In this document: piece after piece, positions 8,147 to 16,414 of the stretch
Layout of the letters: every line of letters starts with the position of its first letter
How positions within the stretch are numbered: position 1 is the stretch's first letter
Origin: Acidimicrobiales bacterium
Lineage (GTDB): Bacteria > Actinomycetota > Acidimicrobiia > Acidimicrobiales > DATLDH01
DNA length: 52,714 nt
NCBI GenBank assembly: GCA_035526015.1
Contig: DATLDH010000108.1
Location: forward strand, 1-52,714
Reading direction: 5' to 3'
The notes under the pieces: model-generated
Told to the model about the DNA's origin: nothing
The model's database searches: none
Seen by the model: the letters and a program-made list of their open reading frames with translations, nothing else
Program-made: the position numbers and the translations under genes

Positions 8147-8883
8147 AGAGGCCCGCGGCCGCGTTCGCGACCGTCTTCGCCGGCGCGGCCGTCCTCGCGG
8201 TGTGGGCGCCGCCGGCCGCCATCGCCGCGTGCCACGACTTCCAGGTGACGGCGAAGCCTTCGACGGTGGCCGAGGGCGGGACGGTGATGGTGACGGTGAC
8301 GCGTGACGCCGGGCTCAACCCGTCGTCGATCGACGTGAGCTCGATCGACGAGACGGCGAAGGGCGGTCAGGACTTCCCAGCCGTGAGGCGCACCGTGTCG
8401 TTCTCGAGCGAGACGTCGCAGACGTTCCCGCTGGCGACGACCGATGACGCCGACGAGGAGGGCCCCGAGACGTTCCGGCTCCACCTGGCGAACCCCAAGG
8501 GGTGCGCCATCAACCCGAGCTACCGCATCGGCCCCGACGCCCGGGTCACCATCGAGGCCGGGGACCCGGCGCCGCCGACGACCACGACGGCGCCGCCGAC
8601 CTCGTCCTCGACGACCACGACCGTCCCCAGGACGACCAGCACGACGGCCCTGCCCACGACCACCTCGCCGACCACCCCACCGACGTCCACCACGTCGACG
8701 TTCATCGCCGGCCTGGGGGCCGAGCCGTCGACGACCACGACGCTCCAGGCCGTGCCGGTGCCGGGCGCCGGCTCCGGGACGAGCGACGCCGGCGTGATCG
8801 GCATGCTCATCGGCGGGATCGTGGCCGTTTCGGCGGCCTCCACCTATGTCCTGTACCGGCGGCGGGCGGCGGAAGCAGCCTGA
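8143..8883 (+). CDS. Calx-beta domain protein with signal peptide, Thr/Pro-rich linker and C-terminal TM anchor
   Basis: ATG at 8143 is an ATGA overlap with the upstream stop. The sequence reads MKRPAAAFATVFAGAAVLAVWAPPAAIA, then a Calx-beta-like TAKGGQDFPAVRRTVSFSSETSQTFPLATTDDADEEGPETFRLHL, then a PTTTT linker, then GVIGMLIGGIVAVSAASTYVLYRRR. Confidence 0.75.
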   Translation: MKRPAAAFATVFAGAAVLAVWAPPAAIAACHDFQVTAKPSTVAEGGTVMVTVTRDAGLNPSSIDVSSIDETAKGGQDFPAVRRTVSFSSETSQTFPLATTDDADEEGPETFRLHLANPKGCAINPSYRIGPDARVTIEAGDPAPPTTTTAPPTSSSTTTTVPRTTSTTALPTTTSPTTPPTSTTSTFIAGLGAEPSTTTTLQAVPVPGAGSGTSDAGVIGMLIGGIVAVSAASTYVLYRRRAAEAA

Positions 8884-8934
8884 GGCGGCGCGGGCCAGGA
8901 GTGCGCCCGCCCGACCGTTGGGTACAACGACTGC

Positions 8935-9216
8935 ATGTCGGTGATCGTGCGGAACCGGCCCGAGCGGTCGAGATACGAGATCGAGGTGGACGGCACCCTC
9001 GTCGGCTTCGCCGACTACCGGAACGACGGGGGCCGTGTCGTCTTCCCCCACACGGTCGTGGACGGGCGGCGACGCGGACAGGGCCTGGGTGAGCAGTTGG
9101 TCGCGGCCGCCCTCGACGACGTACGGGCGCGGGGCCGGACCGTGGTGCCGCGGTGTTGGTTCGTGCGCGAGTTCATCGAGGCGAACCCGGAGTACGCCGA
9201 CCTCATCGCTGCTTGA
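8935..9216 (+). CDS. Small GNAT-like N-acetyltransferase (YjdJ / Acetyltransf_CG type)
   Basis: 93 aa. Contains RYEIEVDGTLVGFADYR...HTVVDGRRRGQGLGEQLV...VVPRCWFVREFI. Confidence 0.85.
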   Translation: MSVIVRNRPERSRYEIEVDGTLVGFADYRNDGGRVVFPHTVVDGRRRGQGLGEQLVAAALDDVRARGRTVVPRCWFVREFIEANPEYADLIAA

Positions 9217-9225
9217 CTACCGGGT

Positions 9226-9783
9226 GTGAGCCCGGAACCCCGCATCCCGCCCCTTCCCCACGACGAACGCGACGAGGCGACCGAGGAGCTGCTGCGTGGC
9301 TTCCGGGTCGACCCCGACGGACCCGACATCAACATCATGTCGACCCTGGCCCGGCACCCGACTCTGCTGAAGCCGTGGGCGGCCTTCGGCGGTCGGCTCC
9401 TGTACCGCGGTGCACTCGTCCCCCGTGAGCGCGAGCTGCTCATCCTGCGCACCGGTTGGAACTGCGACGCCGACTACGAGTGGGCCCAGCACGTGCCGAT
9501 CGGCCTCGCCGCCGGCCTCACCTCCGAGGAGATCGCCCGCCTGGCCACGCCGCGCGTCGACGGCGGCTGGAGCGACGACGACGACGCTCTCGTGTGCGCC
9601 GCCGACGAGCTGCACGCCGACGCGCGCATCAGCGACGGGACGTGGAAGCGGCTGGCCGCCCGCCTCGACGAGCAGCAGCTGATCGAGCTCTGCATGGTGG
9701 TGGGCCAGTACCACCTGGTGTCGTTCGTCCTGAACTCCCTCGGCGTCGAGATCGACCCCGGGCTCGAGGGCCTGCCCCGGTGA
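9226..9783 (+). CDS. Carboxymuconolactone decarboxylase (AhpD-like) family protein
   Basis: 185 aa. Contains RERELLILRTGWNCDADYEWAQH and LIELCMVVGQYHLVSFVLNSLGV. Confidence 0.85.
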   Translation: MSPEPRIPPLPHDERDEATEELLRGFRVDPDGPDINIMSTLARHPTLLKPWAAFGGRLLYRGALVPRERELLILRTGWNCDADYEWAQHVPIGLAAGLTSEEIARLATPRVDGGWSDDDDALVCAADELHADARISDGTWKRLAARLDEQQLIELCMVVGQYHLVSFVLNSLGVEIDPGLEGLPR

Positions 9784-10559
9784 CCCCGCGCCTGGCGGGG
9801 CGTCGCGTCCTGGTCGTCGGCGCCGGCACCCGCGCCACCGACGACCCCGACGCACCTCCCGGCAACGGTCGGGCCATCGCCGTCGTCGCCGCGCGCGAGG
9901 GCGCCACCGTGACGTGCGCCGACATCGACGAGGCGGCGGCCGAGGAGACGGCCGGCCTGGTGCGGGCCGAGGGCGCGAACGCCCACGTCCTGCAGGCCGA
10001 CGCCGGCGACCCCGACGCGTGCGCCGAGGTCGTGACCGCCGCCCACCGCGTCATGGGGGGTCTCGACGGGCTGGTGTGCAACGTCGGCATCGCCGCCGGC
10101 CGCCGGCTGGAGAAGACGTCGCCCGAGGCCTGGGACCAGGTCTTCGCCGTGAACACCAGAGCCCACTTCCTCCTGTGCCGGGCCGGCCTCCCGCTCATGG
10201 GCGAGGGCGCGTCGATCGTGCTCATCTCCTCGGTGGCCGGCCTCAAGCCGGGCAGCCTCAGCCCCGCCTACGACGCGTCGAAGGCGGCGCTGGCCGGCCT
10301 CGTCCGCCATGTCGCCATGGAGGGCGGCCGTCAGGGGGTGCGCGCCAACGTGGTGGCTCCCGGCCTCATCGACACGCCGCTCGGCCGCCTGGCCACCGCC
10401 GGCCGGCCGTCACGGGCCGACACGCCCGTCCCCCTCGGTCGCCGCCAGGGGACGGCGTGGGAGGTGGCCGCCCCGGTCGCGTTCCTCCTCAGCGACGAGG
10501 CCAGCTACATCACGGGCCAGGTTCTGGCCGTGGACGGCGGGCTGTCCACCATCGTCTGA
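9780..10559 (+). CDS. SDR family oxidoreductase
   Basis: GTG at 9780 is a GTGA overlap. Contains RRVLVVGAGTRA...NGRAIA, the catalytic SPAYDASKAAL (YxxxK) and the C-terminus ASYITGQVLAVDGG. Confidence 0.9.
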   Translation: MTPRLAGRRVLVVGAGTRATDDPDAPPGNGRAIAVVAAREGATVTCADIDEAAAEETAGLVRAEGANAHVLQADAGDPDACAEVVTAAHRVMGGLDGLVCNVGIAAGRRLEKTSPEAWDQVFAVNTRAHFLLCRAGLPLMGEGASIVLISSVAGLKPGSLSPAYDASKAALAGLVRHVAMEGGRQGVRANVVAPGLIDTPLGRLATAGRPSRADTPVPLGRRQGTAWEVAAPVAFLLSDEASYITGQVLAVDGGLSTIV

Positions 10560-10560
10560 C

Positions 10561-10579
10561 CTCACAGGCGACTCCCAGG
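10561..10579. promoter_or_regulatory. Direct repeat CTCaCAGG-N3-CTCcCAGG (11-bp phasing) upstream of the response-regulator gene
   Basis: ctcacaggcgactcccagg lies 22 nt upstream of the GTG at 10601. A related pair follows the kinase gene (12695-12713). Confidence 0.3.
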
Positions 10580-10600
10580 GTTCGCGGGCATCCTGGGGCC

Positions 10601-11287
10601 GTGGAGCAGCGGCAGAGCCGGGTCCTCGTCGTCGACGACGAGGAGAACATCACGTTCCTCCTCGATGCCGCGTTGCGCCACTTCGGCTACGACGTGCGGG
10701 TCGAGGGCGACGGACGGGCGGCGTTGCGGGCGGTGGAGGAGTTCGTCCCCGACGTGATCCTGCTCGACGTGATGATGCCCGACCTGGACGGCTTCGAGGT
10801 CGTCCGGCGGCTGCGTCAGGACGGTCGACGCGTGCCGGTGCTCTTCCTCAGCGCGCGCGACGCGGTGGAGGACCGCGTACGCGGGCTGACCCTGGGCGGT
10901 GACGACTACGTCACCAAGCCGTTCAGCCTCGAGGAGGTCATGGCGCGGATCGAGGTCATCCTCCGCCGTCAGGGTCTCGGCTCGGCGTCCACCCGCCTGG
11001 TGCTGTCCGACCTGGAGATGGACGACGAGGCCCACGTGGTGCGCCGGGCGGGAACGGTCGTCGACCTGTCGCCGACGGAATACAACCTGCTGCGCTTCCT
11101 CCTGCAGAACACCGGGCGCGTGATGTCGCGGGGCCAGATCCTCGACCACGTCTGGCAGTACGACTTCGACGGGCACGCAACCGTGGTGGAGACCTACATC
11201 AGCTACCTGCGGAAGAAGGTCGACACCCTCGGCCCGCCGCTCATCCACACCGTGCGCGGCGTGGGCTACACCGCCAGGGTGGGTTAG
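10601..11287 (+). CDS. OmpR/PhoB-family response regulator
   Basis: Receiver domain: VLVVDDEENI, LLDVMMPDLDG, TKPF. Winged-helix output domain: LSPTEYNLLRFLL...YISYLRKKV...TVRGVGY. Confidence 0.92.
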   Translation: MEQRQSRVLVVDDEENITFLLDAALRHFGYDVRVEGDGRAALRAVEEFVPDVILLDVMMPDLDGFEVVRRLRQDGRRVPVLFLSARDAVEDRVRGLTLGGDDYVTKPFSLEEVMARIEVILRRQGLGSASTRLVLSDLEMDDEAHVVRRAGTVVDLSPTEYNLLRFLLQNTGRVMSRGQILDHVWQYDFDGHATVVETYISYLRKKVDTLGPPLIHTVRGVGYTARVG

Positions 11288-12694
11288 GTGTCACTCCGGC
11301 GCCGGCTGCTCGTCGGGCTCGTCGCCGTGGCCGCCGTGCTCGTCGTCACCAACGTCGTCCTGGCCGGGATCTTCGAGTCGTTCCTGCTCGACCGCGTCGA
11401 CCGCCAGCTGGTGGCGGTCACCGGCCGGCCCGCCATGCGGCGACCGGCTGGTCCCGCCGGTGGGCGGCCCGGCCCGCCGCCCGGCGAAGGCGCGGAGACG
11501 CTGTCGGAGTACTACATCGCCGTCGGCACGCCGGACGGGTCGACGTTCGTCCGCGTCGCCTCGGCGTTCAGCAGCAGCGCCGCACCGCGACTCGACGCCA
11601 CCGAGATCCTCGGGCATGCCGCCACCGCCGGCGCCCCGCCCGTCCCGTTCACCACCGGCGCGGCGTCGGGGCCGGGCCGCTGGCGTCTCGTCGCGGTCCA
11701 GGGTCGCAACGGTGCCGTCACCGTCGTGGGCCTCGACCTGGCGGGCCTGAACGCCACGGTCCGCCGCGTCCGCAGCGTGCAGGTGTTCGGCACCATCGCC
11801 GTGCTCAGCGCCCTCGGTCTCGTGTCGTGGTGGGTCGTGCGGCTCGGCGTCCATCCGATCGAGGACATGGCGGAGGCCGCCGACTCGATCGCCGGTGGCG
11901 ACCTCGACCAGCGGGTGGCCCATCCCCCGGCGTCGACCGAGGCGGGGCGGCTCGGAGTGGCTCTCAACGCCATGCTCGATCGCATCCAGGACGCGTTCCG
12001 CGCCCGGGAGGAGTCCGAGCAACGGGTGCGCCGGTTCGCGGCGGATGCCTCCCACGAGCTCCGTACGCCGCTGACCTCGATCCAGGGTTATGCCGAGTTG
12101 TGGCGCGCCGGCGGCCTCCGCGACGAGGACGCCCTGGCCGACGCCATGCGCCGCATCGAGCAGGAGGCCAACCGCATGGGGGCGCTGGTCGAGGATTTGC
12201 TCGTGCTCGCCCGCCTCGACCAGGGGCGGCCCCTCGACGCGACGCCGGTGCGGCTCGACGTCCTTGTCGCGGACGCGGTGCGCGACGCGCGCGCCGTCGA
12301 GCCCGACCGCGACATCGAGCTGACCACGGAGGAGGTGACGGTGACCGGCGACGAGCTGCGGCTGCGCCAGGTCGTCGCCAACCTCCTGGCCAACGTCCGC
12401 TCCCACACCCCGGTCACCGCCGCGGTCCGCGTGTCGGTGGCCACCGAGGACGGCACGGCCGTGGTGACGGTCGCCGACGAGGGGCCAGGGATGACGCCGG
12501 ACGTGGCCGCCCACGTGCTGGAGCGCTTCTACCGGGCCGATGCCTCCCGTTCCCGTGACGCCGGTGGCGCCGGGCTGGGCCTGTCGATCGTCGATGCCAT
12601 CGTGGAAGCCCACGGCGGAGCGGTGACGGTGGAGTCCGAACCGGGGCGGGGCTCGAGGTTCGCCGTGCGGCTGCCTCCGGCGACCCGCAGCTGA
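11288..12694 (+). CDS. Sensor histidine kinase (TM-HAMP-HisKA-HATPase_c)
   Basis: Contains the H-box FAADASHELRTPLTSIQGY and the ATPase motifs LLANVRSHT, DEGPGM and GGAGLGLSIV. The GTG start immediately follows the response-regulator stop. Confidence 0.92.
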   Translation: MSLRRRLLVGLVAVAAVLVVTNVVLAGIFESFLLDRVDRQLVAVTGRPAMRRPAGPAGGRPGPPPGEGAETLSEYYIAVGTPDGSTFVRVASAFSSSAAPRLDATEILGHAATAGAPPVPFTTGAASGPGRWRLVAVQGRNGAVTVVGLDLAGLNATVRRVRSVQVFGTIAVLSALGLVSWWVVRLGVHPIEDMAEAADSIAGGDLDQRVAHPPASTEAGRLGVALNAMLDRIQDAFRAREESEQRVRRFAADASHELRTPLTSIQGYAELWRAGGLRDEDALADAMRRIEQEANRMGALVEDLLVLARLDQGRPLDATPVRLDVLVADAVRDARAVEPDRDIELTTEEVTVTGDELRLRQVVANLLANVRSHTPVTAAVRVSVATEDGTAVVTVADEGPGMTPDVAAHVLERFYRADASRSRDAGGAGLGLSIVDAIVEAHGGAVTVESEPGRGSRFAVRLPPATRS

Positions 12695-12713
12695 TCCACA
12701 GGGTCCTCACAGG
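12695..12713. promoter_or_regulatory. Direct repeat TCCACAGG-N3-CTCACAGG (11-bp phasing) upstream of the 12775 gene
   Basis: tccacagggtcctcacagg starts directly after the kinase stop. It uses the same core as the 10561 site. Confidence 0.3.
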
Positions 12714-12774
12714 TGGGGCGCCCACACTCCCCTCATCGCCCCGGGCAGGATGGGGCCGGACGAAGGAGCCCGAC

Positions 12775-13293
12775 ATGGAGCAGCCCACGCAGCCCCCCAG
12801 GCCGACCGACAGGGGACGGAGGCTGCGGTCGATGATCGTCGCCCTGGGCGCAGCGGCGGGCATGACGCTGGCCGGGCTCGGGATCGCCGGCGCCCAGGTC
12901 GACGAGGCGACGGGTCCCAGGCCGGCGGCGGTGACGAAGCACGCCGATGGCCGCCCCCGTCATCCCCGCCTCCGCGTCGCCGTCGCCGCCGCGGCCAAGG
13001 CCATCGGGATCAGCGAGGCCGACCTGGTCACCGCCGTCAAGGGCGGGCAGTCGGTCGCGCAGGTCGCCCAGGCCCACGGGGTCACCCCCCAGGCCGTGGT
13101 CGACGCCCTCGTCGCCGCCGGGAAGCAGCGACTGGCCGCCGCCGTGGCCGCCGGGCGCATCACCCAGGCCCAGGCCGACGCCCGCGGCGCGCGCCTTGCC
13201 GAACGGGCGACGCGGTTCGTGAACCACGTCCGGTCGGCCGACGACCACCGTGGCCGCGGCCGTCGCACCCAGGAGGGCCCGGCGAGGGCCTAG
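12775..13293 (+). CDS. Hypothetical exported protein
   Basis: A gaaggag RBS lies 7 nt upstream of the ATG. The protein has a TM/signal segment (MIVALGAAAGMTLAGLGIAGA) and an Ala-rich helical repeat (SEADLVTAVKGGQSVAQVAQAHGVTPQAVVDAL). I recognise no domain. Confidence 0.6.
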   Translation: MEQPTQPPRPTDRGRRLRSMIVALGAAAGMTLAGLGIAGAQVDEATGPRPAAVTKHADGRPRHPRLRVAVAAAAKAIGISEADLVTAVKGGQSVAQVAQAHGVTPQAVVDALVAAGKQRLAAAVAAGRITQAQADARGARLAERATRFVNHVRSADDHRGRGRRTQEGPARA

Positions 13294-14057
13294 CCCTTGT
13301 TGTGCTCCCGGAAGACCTTCAGGAGGTCGAGCGGCCGCTGCCGCACCGGCTCATCCAGCCACCGGCCGCCCTCGGCGACCAGCAGCCGGTCGTCCAGCAA
13401 CTCCTTGGTGTTGGCGTGAATGGCATCGGCGGGGCAGTACTGGATGATCCACGCCCGGCGGTGACGATCCGTGACGTTCGGCCCGCTGCGGTGCATGACC
13501 AGTGAGGAGAACACCAGCACGCTGCCGGCCGCGACGGGCACGGGGATGCCGGCGTCCTCACCGTCGTAGCCAGCCCGGAACGGGCCGTCGGTGCCGTGGT
13601 GCTGCAGCGTGCCTTGGCGGTGGCTGCCCGGCTGCACCCAGATGCAGCCGTTCTCCTCGTCGGCGTCGTCGAGGGCCAGCCAGCACGTGACGTACTCCTC
13701 GGGGATGGTGGGCGCGTAGCCGTTGTCCTGGTGCCACGGCAGCTCGGTCCGCGCCTGGGGAGGCTTGGCCACCGCCTGCTCCCAGTAGAGGCGGGCCGAG
13801 TCGCCCAGCAGCGGCAGCACGACGTCGGCCCATCGCCGGTCGGCGGCGGCGGCCTGCAGCTCGGGGTCGTTCAGCGTCATCATCGGCCGGTACGACAGGG
13901 GGCCGTCGTCGGCCTGGCCCAGCTGCAGCTCGAAGGCGATGGTCTCGATGCGCTCGATGATGCGGGCGCACTCGTCGGTCGAGAACAGGTTCTCGACCAC
14001 GAACCACCCCTGATCGCGGAACTGGTCGGTGTCGGTGGCGGTGAGCACGCCACCCAC
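13290..14057 (-). CDS. Phytanoyl-CoA dioxygenase (PhyH) family protein
   Basis: Contains WHQDNGY (HxD), GCIWVQPGSH and VMHRSGPN. Confidence 0.9.
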   Translation of the reverse strand: MGGVLTATDTDQFRDQGWFVVENLFSTDECARIIERIETIAFELQLGQADDGPLSYRPMMTLNDPELQAAAADRRWADVVLPLLGDSARLYWEQAVAKPPQARTELPWHQDNGYAPTIPEEYVTCWLALDDADEENGCIWVQPGSHRQGTLQHHGTDGPFRAGYDGEDAGIPVPVAAGSVLVFSSLVMHRSGPNVTDRHRRAWIIQYCPADAIHANTKELLDDRLLVAEGGRWLDEPVRQRPLDLLKVFREHNKG

Positions 14058-14065
14058 GGTACGCG

Positions 14066-14905
14066 TCAGTCGACGAGCGCGCCCGACATCCTCCAGGCCG
14101 CCTCCACCCGGTCGAGGCGGGCGGTGGCACCGGCGCGGAGGCGGGCCGCCACCGCCGTCACCAGTGCGTTGGCCAGGGCCAGCATCCCCACGTGGCTGTC
14201 GAACGGGCCGGCCCCCTCCGCCGCCACCGCGAACGCGGCGGCGGCGCCGTCGGCCAGCGGCGACAAGGGGGAGTCCGTCACGGCGATGACCACCGCGCCG
14301 CGGCGCACGGCCTCGTCGGCGGCGGCCAGCACGGCCCGGTCGTAGCGGCGGACGTCGAGGGCGACCACGACGTCGGCCGGCTCGAGCAGTCCCACGGCGC
14401 GGGCGGTGGCCACCTCCGAGCCCGACACCAGTGAGACGCGCGGACGCAGCATCGCCAGCTCCCCGGCGAACATGGTCGCCACGCCGACCGACGCCTCGCC
14501 CGAGACGACGGCGACGGTGCTCGACCGCGTCGCCAGCAGTCGCACGGCGGTGCTGAACGTTCGGGGCTGGACGGCGTCCAGCGTGCGGTGCACGTTGTCG
14601 AGCTCGGTGGCCAGCGTCCGGCCCACGACGTCGACGGCGGCCGGCTGGCGGATGCGCTCAGCGGCGGGGCGGAGGCGGGTGGCCAGCTCGGCCTGCACCG
14701 CCGACTGCAGGCCGACGAACCCGTCGTAGCCGAGGCGCGTCGCCAACCTCACCACGCTGGCGCCGCTGGCGCCCGACGCCGTGGCGACCGAGGCCACCGT
14801 GCCGAAGGCGATGGCCTCGGCGTCGGCGAGGACCACGGCCGCCACCCGCCGCTCGGCCGGTCCCAGAACGTCGCGGTACTGCTCGATCGTGCTGGCCACG
14901 CTCAC
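14066..14905 (-). CDS. MurR/RpiR family transcriptional regulator (HTH_6 + SIS)
   Basis: Real start is around VSVASTIEQYRDVLGPAERRVAAVVL (GTG at 14905). The SIS part includes VVVALDVRRYDR and VIAVTDSPLSPLA. The upstream 460 aa of track ORF 14066..16285 is antisense to the ALDH gene. Confidence 0.85.
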   Translation of the reverse strand: MSVASTIEQYRDVLGPAERRVAAVVLADAEAIAFGTVASVATASGASGASVVRLATRLGYDGFVGLQSAVQAELATRLRPAAERIRQPAAVDVVGRTLATELDNVHRTLDAVQPRTFSTAVRLLATRSSTVAVVSGEASVGVATMFAGELAMLRPRVSLVSGSEVATARAVGLLEPADVVVALDVRRYDRAVLAAADEAVRRGAVVIAVTDSPLSPLADGAAAAFAVAAEGAGPFDSHVGMLALANALVTAVAARLRAGATARLDRVEAAWRMSGALVD

Positions 14906-14950
14906 GGCACAAACGTTACAGTGTGAAGACTGACGAAACAGGAGTTCCAG

Positions 14951-16414
14951 ATGGCGACGAGAGAGCGGACGACGTTCGACAGCGTGAACCCGGCCCGGCC
15001 GGCCGAGGTGATCGGGACGTTCCCGGCGCAGACGGCCGCCGACGTCGATCGGGCCGTCGAGGCCGCCGCCGCCGCGCAGCGTCGGTGGGCCGCGGTGCCG
15101 GTCCCGGCCCGGGCCGAGATCATCGCCGCCGTCGGCCAGGCGATGCTCGGCCGGAAGGGCGAGCTCAGCCGCCTCGTGAGCCGGGAGGCGGGCAAGATCG
15201 GTGTCGAGGCCGGTGGCGACGTCCAGGAGGCGGTCGACATGGCGTCGTTCGTGGCCGGACAGGGCCGCAGCGCCTGGGGTGAGACGGTGCCGTCGGAGCT
15301 GGGCGACAAGCTGTGCTGGACGACGCGCATCCCCGTCGGCGTGGTCGGGATGATCACGCCGTGGAACTTCCCCGTCGCCATCCCGTCGTGGAAGTGCTTC
15401 CCGGCCCTGCTGGCCGGCAACGGCATCGTGCTCAAGCCGTCGGAGCACGCCCCGGCCTGCGCCGAGGCGTTCGTGGCCGCCTGCGTGGAGGCCGGCGTGC
15501 CGGCCGACCTCATCCAGGTGGTCCACGGCGGGGCCGAGCCGGCGGCCGCGTTGGCCGTCCATCCCGGTGTCAGGGCGGTGAGCTTCACCGGGTCGGTCGC
15601 GACCGGCCGCAAGGTGGCCGCCGCGGCCATGGAGACCGGGCCTCGGCTCGTCTCCCTCGAGCTGGGCGGCAAGAACGCCATGATCGTGCGGGCCGATGCC
15701 GATCTCGACCTCGTGGTCGACGGTGCCCTGTTCGGCGCCTTCGGCACGGCCGGCCAGCGGTGCACGTCGACGTCGCGGCTGCTGGTGCATCCCGACGTGG
15801 TCGACGAGCTGGTGACGCGCCTCGCCGACCGGGCCGGGGCGCTCCGTCTCGGCGACCCGTGTGATCCCACGACCGACGTGGGGCCGGTGATCACGGCCGA
15901 GTCGGCGGCGCGCATCGAGGGGATGATCGACGCCGCCGTGGGTGAGGGCGCCGCCGTGGCGTGCGGCGGCACGGTCCGCACCGACGTGGCCGGTTGCGAG
16001 GGCGGCACGTTCGTGGAGCCGACGATCCTCACCGGCGTGAAGGCCGCCCACGCCATCGCGTGTGACGAGGCGTTCGGCCCGGTGCTGGCCGTGATCGAGG
16101 TGGAGGGCCTGGACGAGGCCATCGGGGTCGTCAACGGCGTCGAGTACGGCCTGTCGGCGGCGATCTACACACGCGACATCAACAGCGCGCTGCGCGCCGT
16201 GGCCGCCATCGACACCGGCATCGTCTACGTGAACGCGCCGACCATCGGCGCCGAGATCCCCCTGCCCTTCGGCGGCACCAAGCACACCGGCAACGGCTTC
16301 CGCGAGGCCGGCTCCCGCGGCATCGAGCAGTTCAGCCAGGTCAAGACCGTCTATGTCGACTACTCGGGCCGTCTGCAGCGCGCCCAGATCGACAACCGCG
16401 AGCCCCTCTCATGA
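14951..16414 (+). CDS. Aldehyde dehydrogenase family protein
   Basis: An aggag RBS precedes the start. Contains ITPWNFP, ELGGKNA and FGTAGQRCTS (catalytic Cys). Confidence 0.93.
   Translation: MATRERTTFDSVNPARPAEVIGTFPAQTAADVDRAVEAAAAAQRRWAAVPVPARAEIIAAVGQAMLGRKGELSRLVSREAGKIGVEAGGDVQEAVDMASFVAGQGRSAWGETVPSELGDKLCWTTRIPVGVVGMITPWNFPVAIPSWKCFPALLAGNGIVLKPSEHAPACAEAFVAACVEAGVPADLIQVVHGGAEPAAALAVHPGVRAVSFTGSVATGRKVAAAAMETGPRLVSLELGGKNAMIVRADADLDLVVDGALFGAFGTAGQRCTSTSRLLVHPDVVDELVTRLADRAGALRLGDPCDPTTDVGPVITAESAARIEGMIDAAVGEGAAVACGGTVRTDVAGCEGGTFVEPTILTGVKAAHAIACDEAFGPVLAVIEVEGLDEAIGVVNGVEYGLSAAIYTRDINSALRAVAAIDTGIVYVNAPTIGAEIPLPFGGTKHTGNGFREAGSRGIEQFSQVKTVYVDYSGRLQRAQIDNREPLS

Noticed and set aside
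8570-8710. Repetitive acg/acc/ccg-rich DNA that could look like a repeat array (also at 28690..28950)
   Set aside because: These are in-frame Thr/Pro-rich linker regions of the Calx-beta and anti-sigma proteins. They are irregular, with no spacer-repeat periodicity, so they are not CRISPR or VNTR arrays.
13290-13293. Convergent gene pairs sharing overlapping stop codons (CTAG at 13290-13293, CTAA at 38090-38093 and at 41727-41730)
   Set aside because: These are real but common in compact GC-rich genomes, and no specific function is implied.
14906-14950. An AT-richer RpiR/ALDH divergent intergenic region containing aacgtt, as a possible riboswitch or operator
   Set aside because: It is only 45 nt and includes an obvious aggag RBS. 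It is too short for a riboswitch and has no convincing extended palindrome.
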